Assembly: GCA_045580525.1 (NCBI GenBank) | Contig: JAZNNZ010000108.1 | Location: 1 to 30,665 of the forward strand | Direction of reading: 5' to 3' | Source of the DNA: Acutalibacteraceae bacterium | Lineage (GTDB): Bacteria; Bacillota; Clostridia; Oscillospirales; Acutalibacteraceae | Length of the DNA stretch: 30,665 nt | In this document: positions 1 through 8,525 of the stretch, piece by piece | Layout of the letters: each line of letters opens with the position of its first letter | Position numbering within the stretch: position 1 is the first letter of the stretch | Translations under genes and position numbers: made by a program | Notes under the pieces: model-generated | Told to the model about the DNA's origin: nothing | What the model saw: the letters and a program-made list of their open reading frames with translations, nothing else | Database searches by the model: none

Positions 1-2
1 AT

Positions 3-62
3 GCACAGACAATTATTGATGCAAAAGAAGAAATCCGCAAGAATCCGCCAAGAGTGGCGTAA
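3..62 (+). CDS. 3' end of an unidentified gene entering from the left (partial)
   Basis: Frame 3 reads AQTIIDAKEEIRKNPPRVA-TAA(60-62) and is followed by terminator-like hairpins. Too short to identify. Confidence 0.4.
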   Translation, partial: AQTIIDAKEEIRKNPPRVA

Positions 63-68
63 AAGAGA

Positions 69-102
69 AATACGGCGTAGCCTTTATCGGCTACACCGTA
101 TT
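69..102 (-). terminator. Intrinsic terminator of the ABC exporter operon
   Basis: On the minus strand AATACGGTGTAGCC-gataaa-GGCTACGCCGTATT forms a 14-bp stem with one G-U pair, followed by TCTCTTTT, downstream of the permease stop at 157. Confidence 0.7.
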
Positions 103-113
103 CTACATACCCC

Positions 114-155
114 GACTGTCCTTAGCCACCTCTGGCTAATGAATCAGTCTTTTTT
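114..155 (+). terminator. Probable terminator for the convergent plus-strand gene
   Basis: GACTG..TTAGCCA-cctc-TGGCTAA..CAGTC followed by a T6 tract (150-155). Confidence 0.5.
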
Positions 156-156
156 G

Positions 157-1989
157 TTAACGTGTCATTACAAGCTCACTTAAATCGGCGCCTATACTTT
201 CTAAATAATTTAAGGTGTTGGTAAACTTATTATTCAGTCTTATTTGACCTACCGAGTAGTACCTGTTTATTTCATCTTCTTTAAGTTCGGTATGGTTTTT
301 ATCGTGGAAATAAAGGGTATCTCTGAAATCAATTTGATAATAATTGCTATAAGGATTTAGCGTTTCACCCGCACCTGCGCGTAGATCCTTTATAAAGGCT
401 TCGCCAAATTCTTCGGCTTGAGTATTATTCATGGTTATTACAGGATCTTCTTCGTAGCGGTCGGTTTCACTGCTATAATAGCAGTTATAAACCGTTACAA
501 TATCGTCGGAAATAACCATATAATCGTTCAAGAATTTTTCATCCTTTACAAGATTATTTATCTTTTCAAGCGAAGCATTATTATAGGTTGTATAGGTTCT
601 TGTAATTCTGGAGCCATCGGTTAAAATATATTCAATATACATTTCACCAATAATTTCAGAATTCGTATTACGTGTTTCAATTATTGCGCTTTGTGCTTCT
701 ATTAAAGCTTCAATATCTTCTTTTTCTGTATAGGTGGTGTTTGCAAAACTATAATTTGTAAATCCCTTATAATAATTAAAACTTGCTTGTTGTATTTCTG
801 AAGACTCTGGAATATAGCTTACAAAACCAAAGGCGTCGTATTTTAGCACTAAACCATAACTAATTGTTACAAGACCGCAGATAACGCCAATAACAATGTT
901 TTTAACTGTCTTTTTAAAGCCGCGGTTTACAATAGCCCCAATTACTACAGACGCTATTGTTGAACCCACAAGCGCAAAAAGTATATAGGTAAAGGTAATG
1001 TTGCCAATCTCAAAGTTTGTAAACATTTCACCCAAGAAAATTGCGGCAACAACACCAACAAGCGCCTGAATAAAATAAGGTACAAACTTAAAGGAATAGG
1101 GCTCACCGGCGGTTTCGGATTTTCTTCTTTTAATTAACACAAAGGTTAATATTAAAGCCACTACCGAAAGAGCCACCCATATTACAAAAATTAAGGTATA
1201 TGGGTTATAGGTATCGTAATCTATATAATAAGATGATGAATATTCTGCATTAAATGTTCTGCCTAAATAGGGGTAATTACCAATAACCGTAAGACCGTAT
1301 ATTGCAAAGCTTAAAACGGGGGACATACCGTAAATAAGCTTGGTGCTTACAAGATTATCTGAAAAACCGTAAAGCATATTAGATGCATAATAAAGCACCA
1401 CTGTAACTAGTATGGGTAGACCTGCTACCGTTACTAAAAAGGAGGTTACGGTATCAAAGGTATGGCCGGTTAAGGTCATAAATAAAGCACCAATAAATAT
1501 TAAGCAAACATTAATTATACTTGTAAATAATAAGATGTTAAATAAATATAAAATATATTCTGCTTCTATACCGCTTACCGCCGCCATAATGCTTGTAAAA
1601 AATACGCTGACAGCCATTGGCAAAATTGAACCTACCGAAGCCGAAGCTATACGAGAAAGCACCACGGTACCGCGATTTATTGGAAGTGCCAAAAACATAT
1701 CTGATGCTTTTTTGCTATGTAAAAAGCTTAAATTTAATACTGTAAGGGTTGCGGCCACCACTAAAGATATTACCCAAACAATAATCATTTTTTCAGGAAC
1801 GTCATAAGCATTTCTTCCAAGCACTTCTGAAAAACCAAGTTCTCCAAGCTGGGTTAAATCGTATATAGGATAAATTAATACCGCTAAAACAATACCTATT
1901 ATGGTAATTGGCAAATTCTTTTTAAAGGTTATGCCAAACATTTTGAAAAATGGAATTGTCTGATTATTCCAAAACTTCTGCAAAGTCAT
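157..1989 (-). CDS. Large ABC-2/YtrC-like exporter permease (610 aa), multi-TM with a hydrophilic C-terminal domain
   Basis: Many hydrophobic segments; motif FLHSKKASDMFLALPINR typical of Firmicutes ABC exporter permeases; RBS AGGAGG; ATG overlaps the ATPase 3' end by 26 nt. Confidence 0.85.
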   Translation of the reverse strand: MTLQKFWNNQTIPFFKMFGITFKKNLPITIIGIVLAVLIYPIYDLTQLGELGFSEVLGRNAYDVPEKMIIVWVISLVVAATLTVLNLSFLHSKKASDMFLALPINRGTVVLSRIASASVGSILPMAVSVFFTSIMAAVSGIEAEYILYLFNILLFTSIINVCLIFIGALFMTLTGHTFDTVTSFLVTVAGLPILVTVVLYYASNMLYGFSDNLVSTKLIYGMSPVLSFAIYGLTVIGNYPYLGRTFNAEYSSSYYIDYDTYNPYTLIFVIWVALSVVALILTFVLIKRRKSETAGEPYSFKFVPYFIQALVGVVAAIFLGEMFTNFEIGNITFTYILFALVGSTIASVVIGAIVNRGFKKTVKNIVIGVICGLVTISYGLVLKYDAFGFVSYIPESSEIQQASFNYYKGFTNYSFANTTYTEKEDIEALIEAQSAIIETRNTNSEIIGEMYIEYILTDGSRITRTYTTYNNASLEKINNLVKDEKFLNDYMVISDDIVTVYNCYYSSETDRYEEDPVITMNNTQAEEFGEAFIKDLRAGAGETLNPYSNYYQIDFRDTLYFHDKNHTELKEDEINRYYSVGQIRLNNKFTNTLNYLESIGADLSELVMTR

Positions 1990-2863
1990 AGCCTAAACCT
2001 CCTAACTCGAATATAAACAGTTCTTCTAGGGTGGGTTGAATGGTTTCAAGTAAAATAGGATCCATTCTGTTTATATGTTCTAGTATTTCTTCTTTTTTGC
2101 CACGTGCTACAAGCTGTACCATTGAGCCGGTGCGCTCAAATTTTAATAAATCCAAACCGCTGAAGTTTTCTTTTTGGGGTATTGCTTTAAAGGCGGCCTG
2201 AATTTTATGCACCTTACCCTTTAAGACATCAAGATTATCATTAAAAATGATTTTACCTTTATGAAGTAACCCTACTTTATCGCACATATCTTCAAGCTCT
2301 CTTAAGTTGTGCGAAGTAATAATTACGGTTAAATCTCTATCGATTATATCTTTTGCAATAAGGCGTTTTAGAGATTCGCGCATAACGGGGTCAAGGCCAT
2401 CAAAGGCTTCATCTAAAAACAAGTATTCAGGACGAGAAGCAAAGGCAAGCATTAATGACGCCTGGCGCATCATACCTTTACTCATATTATTCATTTTGGT
2501 TTTTGGGTTTATTGGAAAAACCTTTCTTAGTTCTTCTAAACGCTCAAACGAAAAGTTTGCATACATTTTGCTGTAAAACTGCGCCATTTCGTTTAGGTTT
2601 GCGCCCTGAAAATAATATGGGGTATCACTTAAAAAGAAAATTTTAGCTTTAAGTGATGGGTTGTCTAAAATTTCTTGATCATCTATAAGTGCCTTTCCGC
2701 TATCGGCTAAATACACACCCGATAAAATTCTAAGAAGTGTGCTTTTGCCGCTACCGTTAGAGCCAATAAGGCCAAATACCTGCCCTTTTTGAATGGTAAG
2801 ATTTATACCATCAAGAGCGGTGTTTGGACCGAAATTTTTAACTAAATCGGAAGTAACAATCAT
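1964..2863 (-). CDS. ABC transporter ATP-binding protein (YtrB-like)
   Basis: Walker A GSNGSGKST, signature variant MSKGMM, Walker B/D-loop LFLDEAFDGLD, H-loop ITSHNL. Confidence 0.95.
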   Translation of the reverse strand: MIVTSDLVKNFGPNTALDGINLTIQKGQVFGLIGSNGSGKSTLLRILSGVYLADSGKALIDDQEILDNPSLKAKIFFLSDTPYYFQGANLNEMAQFYSKMYANFSFERLEELRKVFPINPKTKMNNMSKGMMRQASLMLAFASRPEYLFLDEAFDGLDPVMRESLKRLIAKDIIDRDLTVIITSHNLRELEDMCDKVGLLHKGKIIFNDNLDVLKGKVHKIQAAFKAIPQKENFSGLDLLKFERTGSMVQLVARGKKEEILEHINRMDPILLETIQPTLEELFIFELGGLGYDFAEVLE

Positions 2864-2881
2864 TTCTTTCTTCCCCGCTTT

Positions 2882-3235
2882 CTAAAGATTATTTATAATT
2901 TCAATGATTTCTTCTTTGGTTAACCCTGCGTTTTTGGCGGTTTCTACCGCTTTTGTTAGAGCGTTTTTTGCCCCACGTTTTAGTTCTTCTTTGGCATTAT
3001 CGTTTGCAGAAATAAAGGAGCCTTTACCCGCCACAGAGTAAATAATTCCTTTGCCTTCTAAAATTAAATATGCCTTTTGAACGGTGTTTGGGTTAACACC
3101 AAGTTTTACTGCGAAGCTTCTTACAGAAGGTAGTTTTGTGCCTTCGGGTAATACTCCCAAAACTGCAAGACGGGAAATACCGTTTACAATTTGATCATAT
3201 GCAGGTACGCCACTTTTCCAATCTATCTGTATCAT
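2882..3235 (-). CDS. GntR-family transcriptional regulator, YtrA subfamily
   Basis: wHTH LPSVRSFAVKLGVNPNTVQKAYLILEGKG...GKGSFI, short C-terminal helix, RBS AAGGAGG, first gene of an ABC operon. Confidence 0.92.
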   Translation of the reverse strand: MIQIDWKSGVPAYDQIVNGISRLAVLGVLPEGTKLPSVRSFAVKLGVNPNTVQKAYLILEGKGIIYSVAGKGSFISANDNAKEELKRGAKNALTKAVETAKNAGLTKEEIIEIINNL

Positions 3236-3252
3236 CCATTCGCCTCCTTCAT

Positions 3253-3279
3253 AACTGTACTATCGCGGTTAGTACAGTT
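3253..3279. promoter_or_regulatory. YtrA-type operator inverted repeat
   Basis: AACTGTACTA-N7-TAGTACAGTT, equivalent to ACTGTA-N13-TACAGT, resembling the B. subtilis YtrA box AGTGTA-N13-TACACT. It lies between the -10 and the RBS. Confidence 0.85.
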
Positions 3280-3281
3280 GT

Positions 3282-3310
3282 AATATATCACACTTTTATT
3301 TGCTTGTCAA
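3282..3310 (-). promoter_or_regulatory. Sigma-A promoter of the GntR-ABC operon
   Basis: TTGACA (3310-3305), 17-nt spacer, TATATT (3287-3282). Confidence 0.85.
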
Positions 3311-3337
3311 CAAAAATATCTAAAAATTTTTATGGCA

Positions 3338-3369
3338 AAAAAATTACTCTTATCTAAAGATAAGAGTAA
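3338..3369 (-). terminator. Intrinsic terminator after the XRE gene
   Basis: TACTCTTATC-ttta-GATAAGAGTA followed by ATTTTTTT on the minus strand. Confidence 0.8.
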
Positions 3370-3379
3370 AAATTTTATT

Positions 3380-3772
3380 TTATTCATCACGAGAAAGCAG
3401 TTCGTCAAGCTTTTCTTGCAGTTCTAAGCGTTCTTCTTCAGATAATAAACGGGTTTTTACCAAAAAATCTTGCTCGGTGCTTGAAAGGGTAGCAAACTCA
3501 ATTTTTGGCATTTCTATACCGCTTTGATCACGAAACAATATAGTATCTTCCGTGTGTTCATCAGGGAACATTACCTTACTTGGTGTTATGCGGTAAATTT
3601 TTGCAAGTTTTTCTATAATTTCAATGCCCGGCATTGTGTCGCGCTCATAATAAGCATAGGTTGAACGTTTAATGCCAACAGCTTCCGCTACCTGACTTTG
3701 AGTAAGTCCCATAGATTTTCTTAACGCTATTAAATTAAGGGCCAATTTACTAACATTATCTTTTGTTTTCAA
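3380..3772 (-). CDS. XRE/Cro-CI family HTH transcriptional regulator (~130 aa, TTG start)
   Basis: LIALRKSMGLTQSQVAEAVGIKRSTYAYYERDTMP HTH_3 motif; RBS AGGGGAG upstream of TTG at 3772. The longer ORF-track start at 3928 runs through the tRNA. Confidence 0.85.
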   Translation of the reverse strand: MKTKDNVSKLALNLIALRKSMGLTQSQVAEAVGIKRSTYAYYERDTMPGIEIIEKLAKIYRITPSKVMFPDEHTEDTILFRDQSGIEMPKIEFATLSSTEQDFLVKTRLLSEEERLELQEKLDELLSRDE

Positions 3773-3784
3773 CGTCTTCTCCCC

Positions 3785-3813
3785 TTGACTAATTTTTTTA
3801 AAAAATGTATAAT
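3785..3813 (+). promoter_or_regulatory. Sigma-A promoter of tRNA-Thr
   Basis: TTGACT (3785-3790), 17-nt spacer, TATAAT (3808-3813), 18 nt before the tRNA. Confidence 0.85.
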
Positions 3814-3831
3814 AATAATTGCTGAATATTT

Positions 3832-3906
3832 GCTGATGTGGCTCAATGGCAGAGCAGCTCATTCGTAATGAGCAGGTTGTCGGTTCGATTCCGACCATCA
3901 GCTCCA
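3832..3906 (+). tRNA. tRNA-Thr (anticodon CGT), CCA encoded
   Basis: Acceptor GCTGATG/CATCAGC, D-arm GCTC/GAGC, anticodon stem GCTCA/TGAGC with loop TT-CGT-AA, T-arm GTCGG-TTCGATT-CCGAC, 3' TCCA. Confidence 0.97.
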
Positions 3907-3910
3907 AGTC

Positions 3911-3953
3911 GAGAGCCTCGTCACGCACACGCGTTGTTGAGGCTTTTATTTTT
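3911..3953 (+). terminator. Terminator after tRNA-Thr
   Basis: GAGAGCCTC...GAGGCTTTT stem with an inner CGC-acac-GCG helix, followed by a T-rich tract that overlaps the DUF4364 stop codon. Confidence 0.7.
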
Positions 3954-4509
3954 TATAATTTATATCTTCATCTAAAAGAAGCTCAATAAGTCCTGCATAA
4001 ACATAAGAAGGATCTTCTAAAATGCGCTCTTTAATAAAGTTTGCAGAAATATCATCTGCAACGTTCATTGAAAGCTTAAGCAAAGAATGATCTCCCTCAA
4101 GTATATTTAAAGACACGTTATAGCCGCGCTCTGCTTTGGTAATTTCAATATCGGTTTCCTTTTCGTGTCTGCGGCGGGCCATCATACGCGCAACCACCTT
4201 AATAGCTCTTTCTCTAACGCTTAAAGCTACCGTCTGCTTTAGGGTGTTTGCAAGTTCTGCGCCTTTACTTGTAGCAACAAAACCACCTTCAATTTCTCTT
4301 ATGCACTCATTTTTTATAAGCTCCGAAATAGCTTCGGCACCGTCAAAATAGTTGGTAATGCCTTCATAATGAAGCACCTGAGTTAGCTCGGTTTCTGGAA
4401 CCGGCTCTTTTAAGGCAGATAAAATATAGCATATTAAAATTTTAATTTCAGCGCGATAATTTAGTGCGCCCATACCTTGAAAGGTTGTTTCTCTTTCCAA
4501 AATTTTCAC
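3946..4509 (-). CDS. DUF4364-like conserved clostridial protein (winged-helix-like N-terminus), GTG start
   Basis: EIKILICYIL..PVPETELTQVL...TNYF..AEAISEL and T.KG.ELA.TL...VALSVRE patterns match the DUF4364 family as I recall it. Confidence 0.75.
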   Translation of the reverse strand: MKILERETTFQGMGALNYRAEIKILICYILSALKEPVPETELTQVLHYEGITNYFDGAEAISELIKNECIREIEGGFVATSKGAELANTLKQTVALSVRERAIKVVARMMARRRHEKETDIEITKAERGYNVSLNILEGDHSLLKLSMNVADDISANFIKERILEDPSYVYAGLIELLLDEDINYKK

Positions 4510-4563
4510 CTGTTTATTTAAAATATTTATAGATTATAAATTGTCGAACATTTTCACACTTCT

Positions 4564-4592
4564 ATTATACCTTCTAAATTATATAAATGCAA
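4564..4592 (-). promoter_or_regulatory. Sigma-A promoter of the DUF4364-like gene
   Basis: TTGCAT (4592-4587), 17-nt spacer, TATAAT (4569-4564). Confidence 0.8.
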
Positions 4593-4593
4593 G

Positions 4594-4626
4594 AAAAAAA
4601 GTCAGGTAAATAAAACCTGACTTTTT
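4594..4626. terminator. Intrinsic terminator after leuS (potentially bidirectional)
   Basis: AAAAAGTCAGGT-aaataaa-ACCTGACTTTTT, flanked by A- and T-tracts. Confidence 0.85.
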
Positions 4627-4631
4627 GTTTT

Positions 4632-7022
4632 TTATTTTGCAACGATATTTACTAATTTCCCGGGAACGTAGATTTCTTTTATAATGGTTTTACCGTCTAA
4701 GTCGGCTGCTAGTTCCTTTTTAGCAAGTGCAATTGCATCTTCTTTAGAAATATCGGTTGCAACTACTGCACGAGCCTTAATTTTGCCCATAAGTTGAATA
4801 ACAATTTCTACTGTGTTTTCTTCACATAGTGCTTCATCAAATTTAGGCCACGAAGCATTATGTAAATATTCACCCGTTAGGTTGTTATAAAGCTCTTCTG
4901 TTAAGTGTGGAGCAAAGGGGTTAAGCATAATAAGGAAATCTTTATATTCTTTGTTGTTAATGCTGCCTTTAGCATAAATATCGTTAAGCAGACTCATTAA
5001 AGTAGCAATAGCGGTATTCATTTTAAGGTTTTCAATATCGCTTGTTACCTTTTTAATTGATTTATGGAATGCGGTTTCAAGCTCACTTGAATACTCATCG
5101 CCATCAGTTAACATATAACGCAGTCCTTCGACACGATCTAAAAATCTCTTACAACCTTTAATTGAATCCTTTTTCCAGGGAGCTGCCTTTTCAAAGTCAC
5201 CAATGAACATTTCATATAAACGCATGGTGTCTGCGCCATATTCGTTAACGATATCATCGGGGTTAACAACGTTACCGCGAGATTTACTCATCTTTTCATT
5301 GTTTTCACCCAAAATCATACCATGAGAAGTACGTTTTGCATATGGTTCTTTGCATTTAACAACGCCAATATCATAAAGCACCTTATGCCAGAAACGGCTA
5401 TAAAGTAGGTGAAGTGTTGTATGCTCCATACCACCGTTATACCAGTCAACCGGCATCCAATAATCTAGCGCTTCGCTTGATGCTAATGCAGTATCGCATT
5501 TTGGATCACAATAACGTAAGAAGTACCAGGAAGAACCTGCCCATTGTGGCATTGTGTCGGTTTCACGCTTTGCTTTTGCACCGCAGTGCGGACAGGTGGT
5601 ATTAACCCAATCGGTTAATTTTGCAAGTGGGCTTTCACCTTCTTCTGTAGGTTCAAAGCTATCAGTATGTGGTAACTTTAACGGTAATTCACTATCGGGC
5701 ACGGGTACCCAACCGCATTTTTCACAGAAAACAAGCGGAATAGGTTCGCCCCAGTAACGTTGACGAGAAAATACCCAGTCACGTAATTTGTAGTTAACCT
5801 TTTCGTGACCGATGCCGGTCTTTGTTAAATATTCTTTAATTTTAACCTTTGCATCTTCAACAGAAAGGCCATTTAAAAAGCCTGAATTTACCATAACGCC
5901 TGTTTCGCAATCGGTAAATGCTTCTTTTTCTATATCTCCGCCTGCAACTACTTCAATAATTGGTAAATTGAATTGCTTTGCAAAGTCATAGTCACGGGTA
6001 TCGTGAGCGGGAACCGCCATAATAGCGCCCGTACCGTAAGAAATTAAAACGTAATCCGAAACAAATATTGGAATTTCTTTTTGTGTTAATGGGTTAATTG
6101 CCATAACACCATCAAGTTTTACACCGGTTTTGTCCTTTTGAACTTCAGTTCTTTCAAAGTCGCTCTTTCTGGCTGCTGCTTCTCTATATGCCTTTACTTC
6201 ATCGATGTTTTTAATATTCCATTTATCAATAAGTGGGTGCTCAGGGGCAATTACCATATAGGTTGCACCAAAAAGAGTATCGGGACGGGTGGTATAAACC
6301 GTAAGTTCATCACCCGCTGTTGTTTTAAAATTAACCTCTGCGCCTGTTGAACGACCAATCCAGTTGCGTTGTTGTGTTTTAACCCTGTCAATAAAGTCAA
6401 GATCGTCTAAATCAGAAAGTAGTCTGTCAGCATACTCGGTAATTTTAAGCATCCATTGGCTTTTAACCTTTCTTACTACTTCGCTGCCGCAACGTTCACA
6501 AACACCGTTAACAACCTCTTCGTTAGCAAGAACGCATTTGCAAGAAGTACACCAGTTAACCGCCATTTCTTTTTTATATGCAAGACCTTTTTCAAACAAT
6601 CTTAAAAAGATCCATTGTGTCCACTTAAAATATGCGGGATCGGTAGTGTTAACCTCTCTGGACCAGTCAAAAGAAAAGCCTAACATTTTAAGCTGTCTTT
6701 TAAAGTTTTCAACGTTATTTTTTGTTACAATTTCGGGGTGAATATGTGTTTTAATTGCAAAATTTTCTGTTGGAAGACCAAAAGCATCCCAACCCATTGG
6801 ATATAAAACGTTAAATCCGTTTAAACGCTTTTGACGGGCAATAATATCTAAAGCGGTATAGCTTCTTGGGTGACCAACGTGAAGACCCTGTGCTGAAGGG
6901 TATGGAAATTCAACCAACGCAAAATATTTTGGTTTTTTGCTGTTGTTTTCGGCCTTAAAGGGTTCTTTTTCATCCCAAATATCTTGCCACTTTTTTTCAA
7001 TCTCTTTAAAATCGTAACTCAT
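4632..7022 (-). CDS. leuS: Leucine--tRNA ligase
   Basis: [13 protein letters not shown] (HIGH), [16 protein letters not shown], editing domain TTRPDT...[12 protein letters not shown]. Confidence 0.99.
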   Translation of the reverse strand: MSYDFKEIEKKWQDIWDEKEPFKAENNSKKPKYFALVEFPYPSAQGLHVGHPRSYTALDIIARQKRLNGFNVLYPMGWDAFGLPTENFAIKTHIHPEIVTKNNVENFKRQLKMLGFSFDWSREVNTTDPAYFKWTQWIFLRLFEKGLAYKKEMAVNWCTSCKCVLANEEVVNGVCERCGSEVVRKVKSQWMLKITEYADRLLSDLDDLDFIDRVKTQQRNWIGRSTGAEVNFKTTAGDELTVYTTRPDTLFGATYMVIAPEHPLIDKWNIKNIDEVKAYREAAARKSDFERTEVQKDKTGVKLDGVMAINPLTQKEIPIFVSDYVLISYGTGAIMAVPAHDTRDYDFAKQFNLPIIEVVAGGDIEKEAFTDCETGVMVNSGFLNGLSVEDAKVKIKEYLTKTGIGHEKVNYKLRDWVFSRQRYWGEPIPLVFCEKCGWVPVPDSELPLKLPHTDSFEPTEEGESPLAKLTDWVNTTCPHCGAKAKRETDTMPQWAGSSWYFLRYCDPKCDTALASSEALDYWMPVDWYNGGMEHTTLHLLYSRFWHKVLYDIGVVKCKEPYAKRTSHGMILGENNEKMSKSRGNVVNPDDIVNEYGADTMRLYEMFIGDFEKAAPWKKDSIKGCKRFLDRVEGLRYMLTDGDEYSSELETAFHKSIKKVTSDIENLKMNTAIATLMSLLNDIYAKGSINNKEYKDFLIMLNPFAPHLTEELYNNLTGEYLHNASWPKFDEALCEENTVEIVIQLMGKIKARAVVATDISKEDAIALAKKELAADLDGKTIIKEIYVPGKLVNIVAK

Positions 7023-7381
7023 TATTTATCAGTTCCTTCTAAATCAGAAATATCAACAGGCTTACCGTCTGCCCATAGTCTGTCTAAATTGTAAAATTCT
7101 TTTTCTTTTCTTGTAAAAACGTGCACTATAAAATCGGTATAATCAAGCAGTAACCAGCCGGTTGTTTTACCTTCTCTGTGATGGGGCTCTATTCCTATGT
7201 CGGTCAAAGCCTTTTCAACAGCGTCGCCTAATGCACGAATATGTGTTGAAGAAGTGGCGGTTGCAAAAATCATATAATCTGTAACAACAGATAAATCGTT
7301 AATTTCTACAGCCGAAACATCTTCTGCCTTTTTATCTAAAAGTGCTTTTGCTGCAAGTAGCACCTTTTCTTTTATTGTCAT
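7022..7381 (-). CDS. rsfS: Ribosome silencing factor RsfS (Iojap)
   Basis: [33 protein letters not shown]...[10 protein letters not shown]. Confidence 0.96.
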   Translation of the reverse strand: MTIKEKVLLAAKALLDKKAEDVSAVEINDLSVVTDYMIFATATSSTHIRALGDAVEKALTDIGIEPHHREGKTTGWLLLDYTDFIVHVFTRKEKEFYNLDRLWADGKPVDISDLEGTDK

Positions 7382-7390
7382 AATTTGCTC

Positions 7391-8524
7391 CTATTTTTGA
7401 TTTTTGTCTTCTTCAATTTGAGAAAGTGTACCACCGGACACTACGTCGCTGGGGTCATATGGTTGGCCCATAGTTCTGAACCATTCGTAAATATAAATAT
7501 CATCTTCATTTAACTTGTCACCATATGGGTTAAAGTGCTCGTTATAAAGCTCTACGTATTCACTCTTATGAACCGCATAAACGCTGGATCCGTTATATTG
7601 GCTATATTGACCGGGTACTGCATAAACACCCATAGACTGCATACTCATACCTTTAACTTCTTTAGCATAACCTAAAATATTATTTAAGGTAATGTCGGTT
7701 TCAATATCGTTATAGCAAGATTTTGCAATGCTTATCATTTCAGAGGTGGTCATATTTTTTAATTCTTTTGCTAAAGCAACGTATGCTAATTGCTGTGCTT
7801 GAACGCGGTCAGCATCACCACGAACATAACCTTCTGAAACGCCGGTACGTTTTCTTATAAATCCAACCGCTAAACTACCCTTTAAAGTAACCTTACCGGG
7901 ACCAACCTTTTGGTTTCTTTGGGTATAATAATCCATAATGGTAATACCATTTTCTTGCTCAATATTGAGCTCTAGTCCGCCTAAAGAATCTATAAGCTTA
8001 ATAAATGCAGGAATATTAAACAGCACGTAATGGTCTAGCGGCATGCCTAAATAACCGTTAATAACACGTCTTAAAGCGTTAATGTTCTTTTCACCCTTAC
8101 GCGGTTGTGCATATACCGCATTAATCTTACCGCCGGAATATACACTGCCTTCTTCACTACCAATGTAAAGGTCGCGCGGTATTTGTAAGAAATTAAGCGT
8201 ATCTTTATCGTGGTCAATACAAGCAATAATAATGGTATCAGTGAGTTTTCCGCCTTCTTCGGGTGGGCAAAGACCGGCTATAAGAATATAGCTTACGCCA
8301 CTGTGCTTACTTGTAAGCAGGTCGCCATAATCGTCGTTATTATCGTCATGGCCAATTGTGATTTCACCAATGCCATAAATATAAGAAGCCATAATGCCTG
8401 TTAATAAAACACTTATTGAAAGTACAATACTGGCAACAATATTAACAATTTTTCTTATACTCTTTTTCTTCTTTTTGTCTTTACGACTTCTTTGCATTTC
8501 GCTAAAGTTGAAGTTGTCATCCAT
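7391..8524 (-). CDS. LCP (LytR-CpsA-Psr) family protein
   Basis: Basic N-terminus, single TM, TDTII, IPRD, KINA, GD..R..Q motifs; usual position between yqeK and rsfS. Confidence 0.88.
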   Translation of the reverse strand: MDDNFNFSEMQRSRKDKKKKKSIRKIVNIVASIVLSISVLLTGIMASYIYGIGEITIGHDDNNDDYGDLLTSKHSGVSYILIAGLCPPEEGGKLTDTIIIACIDHDKDTLNFLQIPRDLYIGSEEGSVYSGGKINAVYAQPRKGEKNINALRRVINGYLGMPLDHYVLFNIPAFIKLIDSLGGLELNIEQENGITIMDYYTQRNQKVGPGKVTLKGSLAVGFIRKRTGVSEGYVRGDADRVQAQQLAYVALAKELKNMTTSEMISIAKSCYNDIETDITLNNILGYAKEVKGMSMQSMGVYAVPGQYSQYNGSSVYAVHKSEYVELYNEHFNPYGDKLNEDDIYIYEWFRTMGQPYDPSDVVSGGTLSQIEEDKNQK

Positions 8525-8525
8525 A

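Noticed and set aside
1-183. 60-aa plus-strand ORF in frame 1
   Set aside because: It crosses two terminator hairpins and overlaps the permease. Frame 3 ending at 62 looks more protein-like.
3773-3928. N-terminal extension of the XRE ORF in the ORF track (182 aa)
   Set aside because: It is the antisense translation of the tRNA and its promoter. The SD supports TTG at 3772.
3380-3953. Integrative element or prophage remnant at tRNA-Thr (tRNA next to an XRE repressor)
   Set aside because: No integrase or recombinase, no duplicated tRNA 3' end (att) seen, the XRE lies on the tRNA 5' side, and the 3' side runs straight into DUF4364 and leuS.
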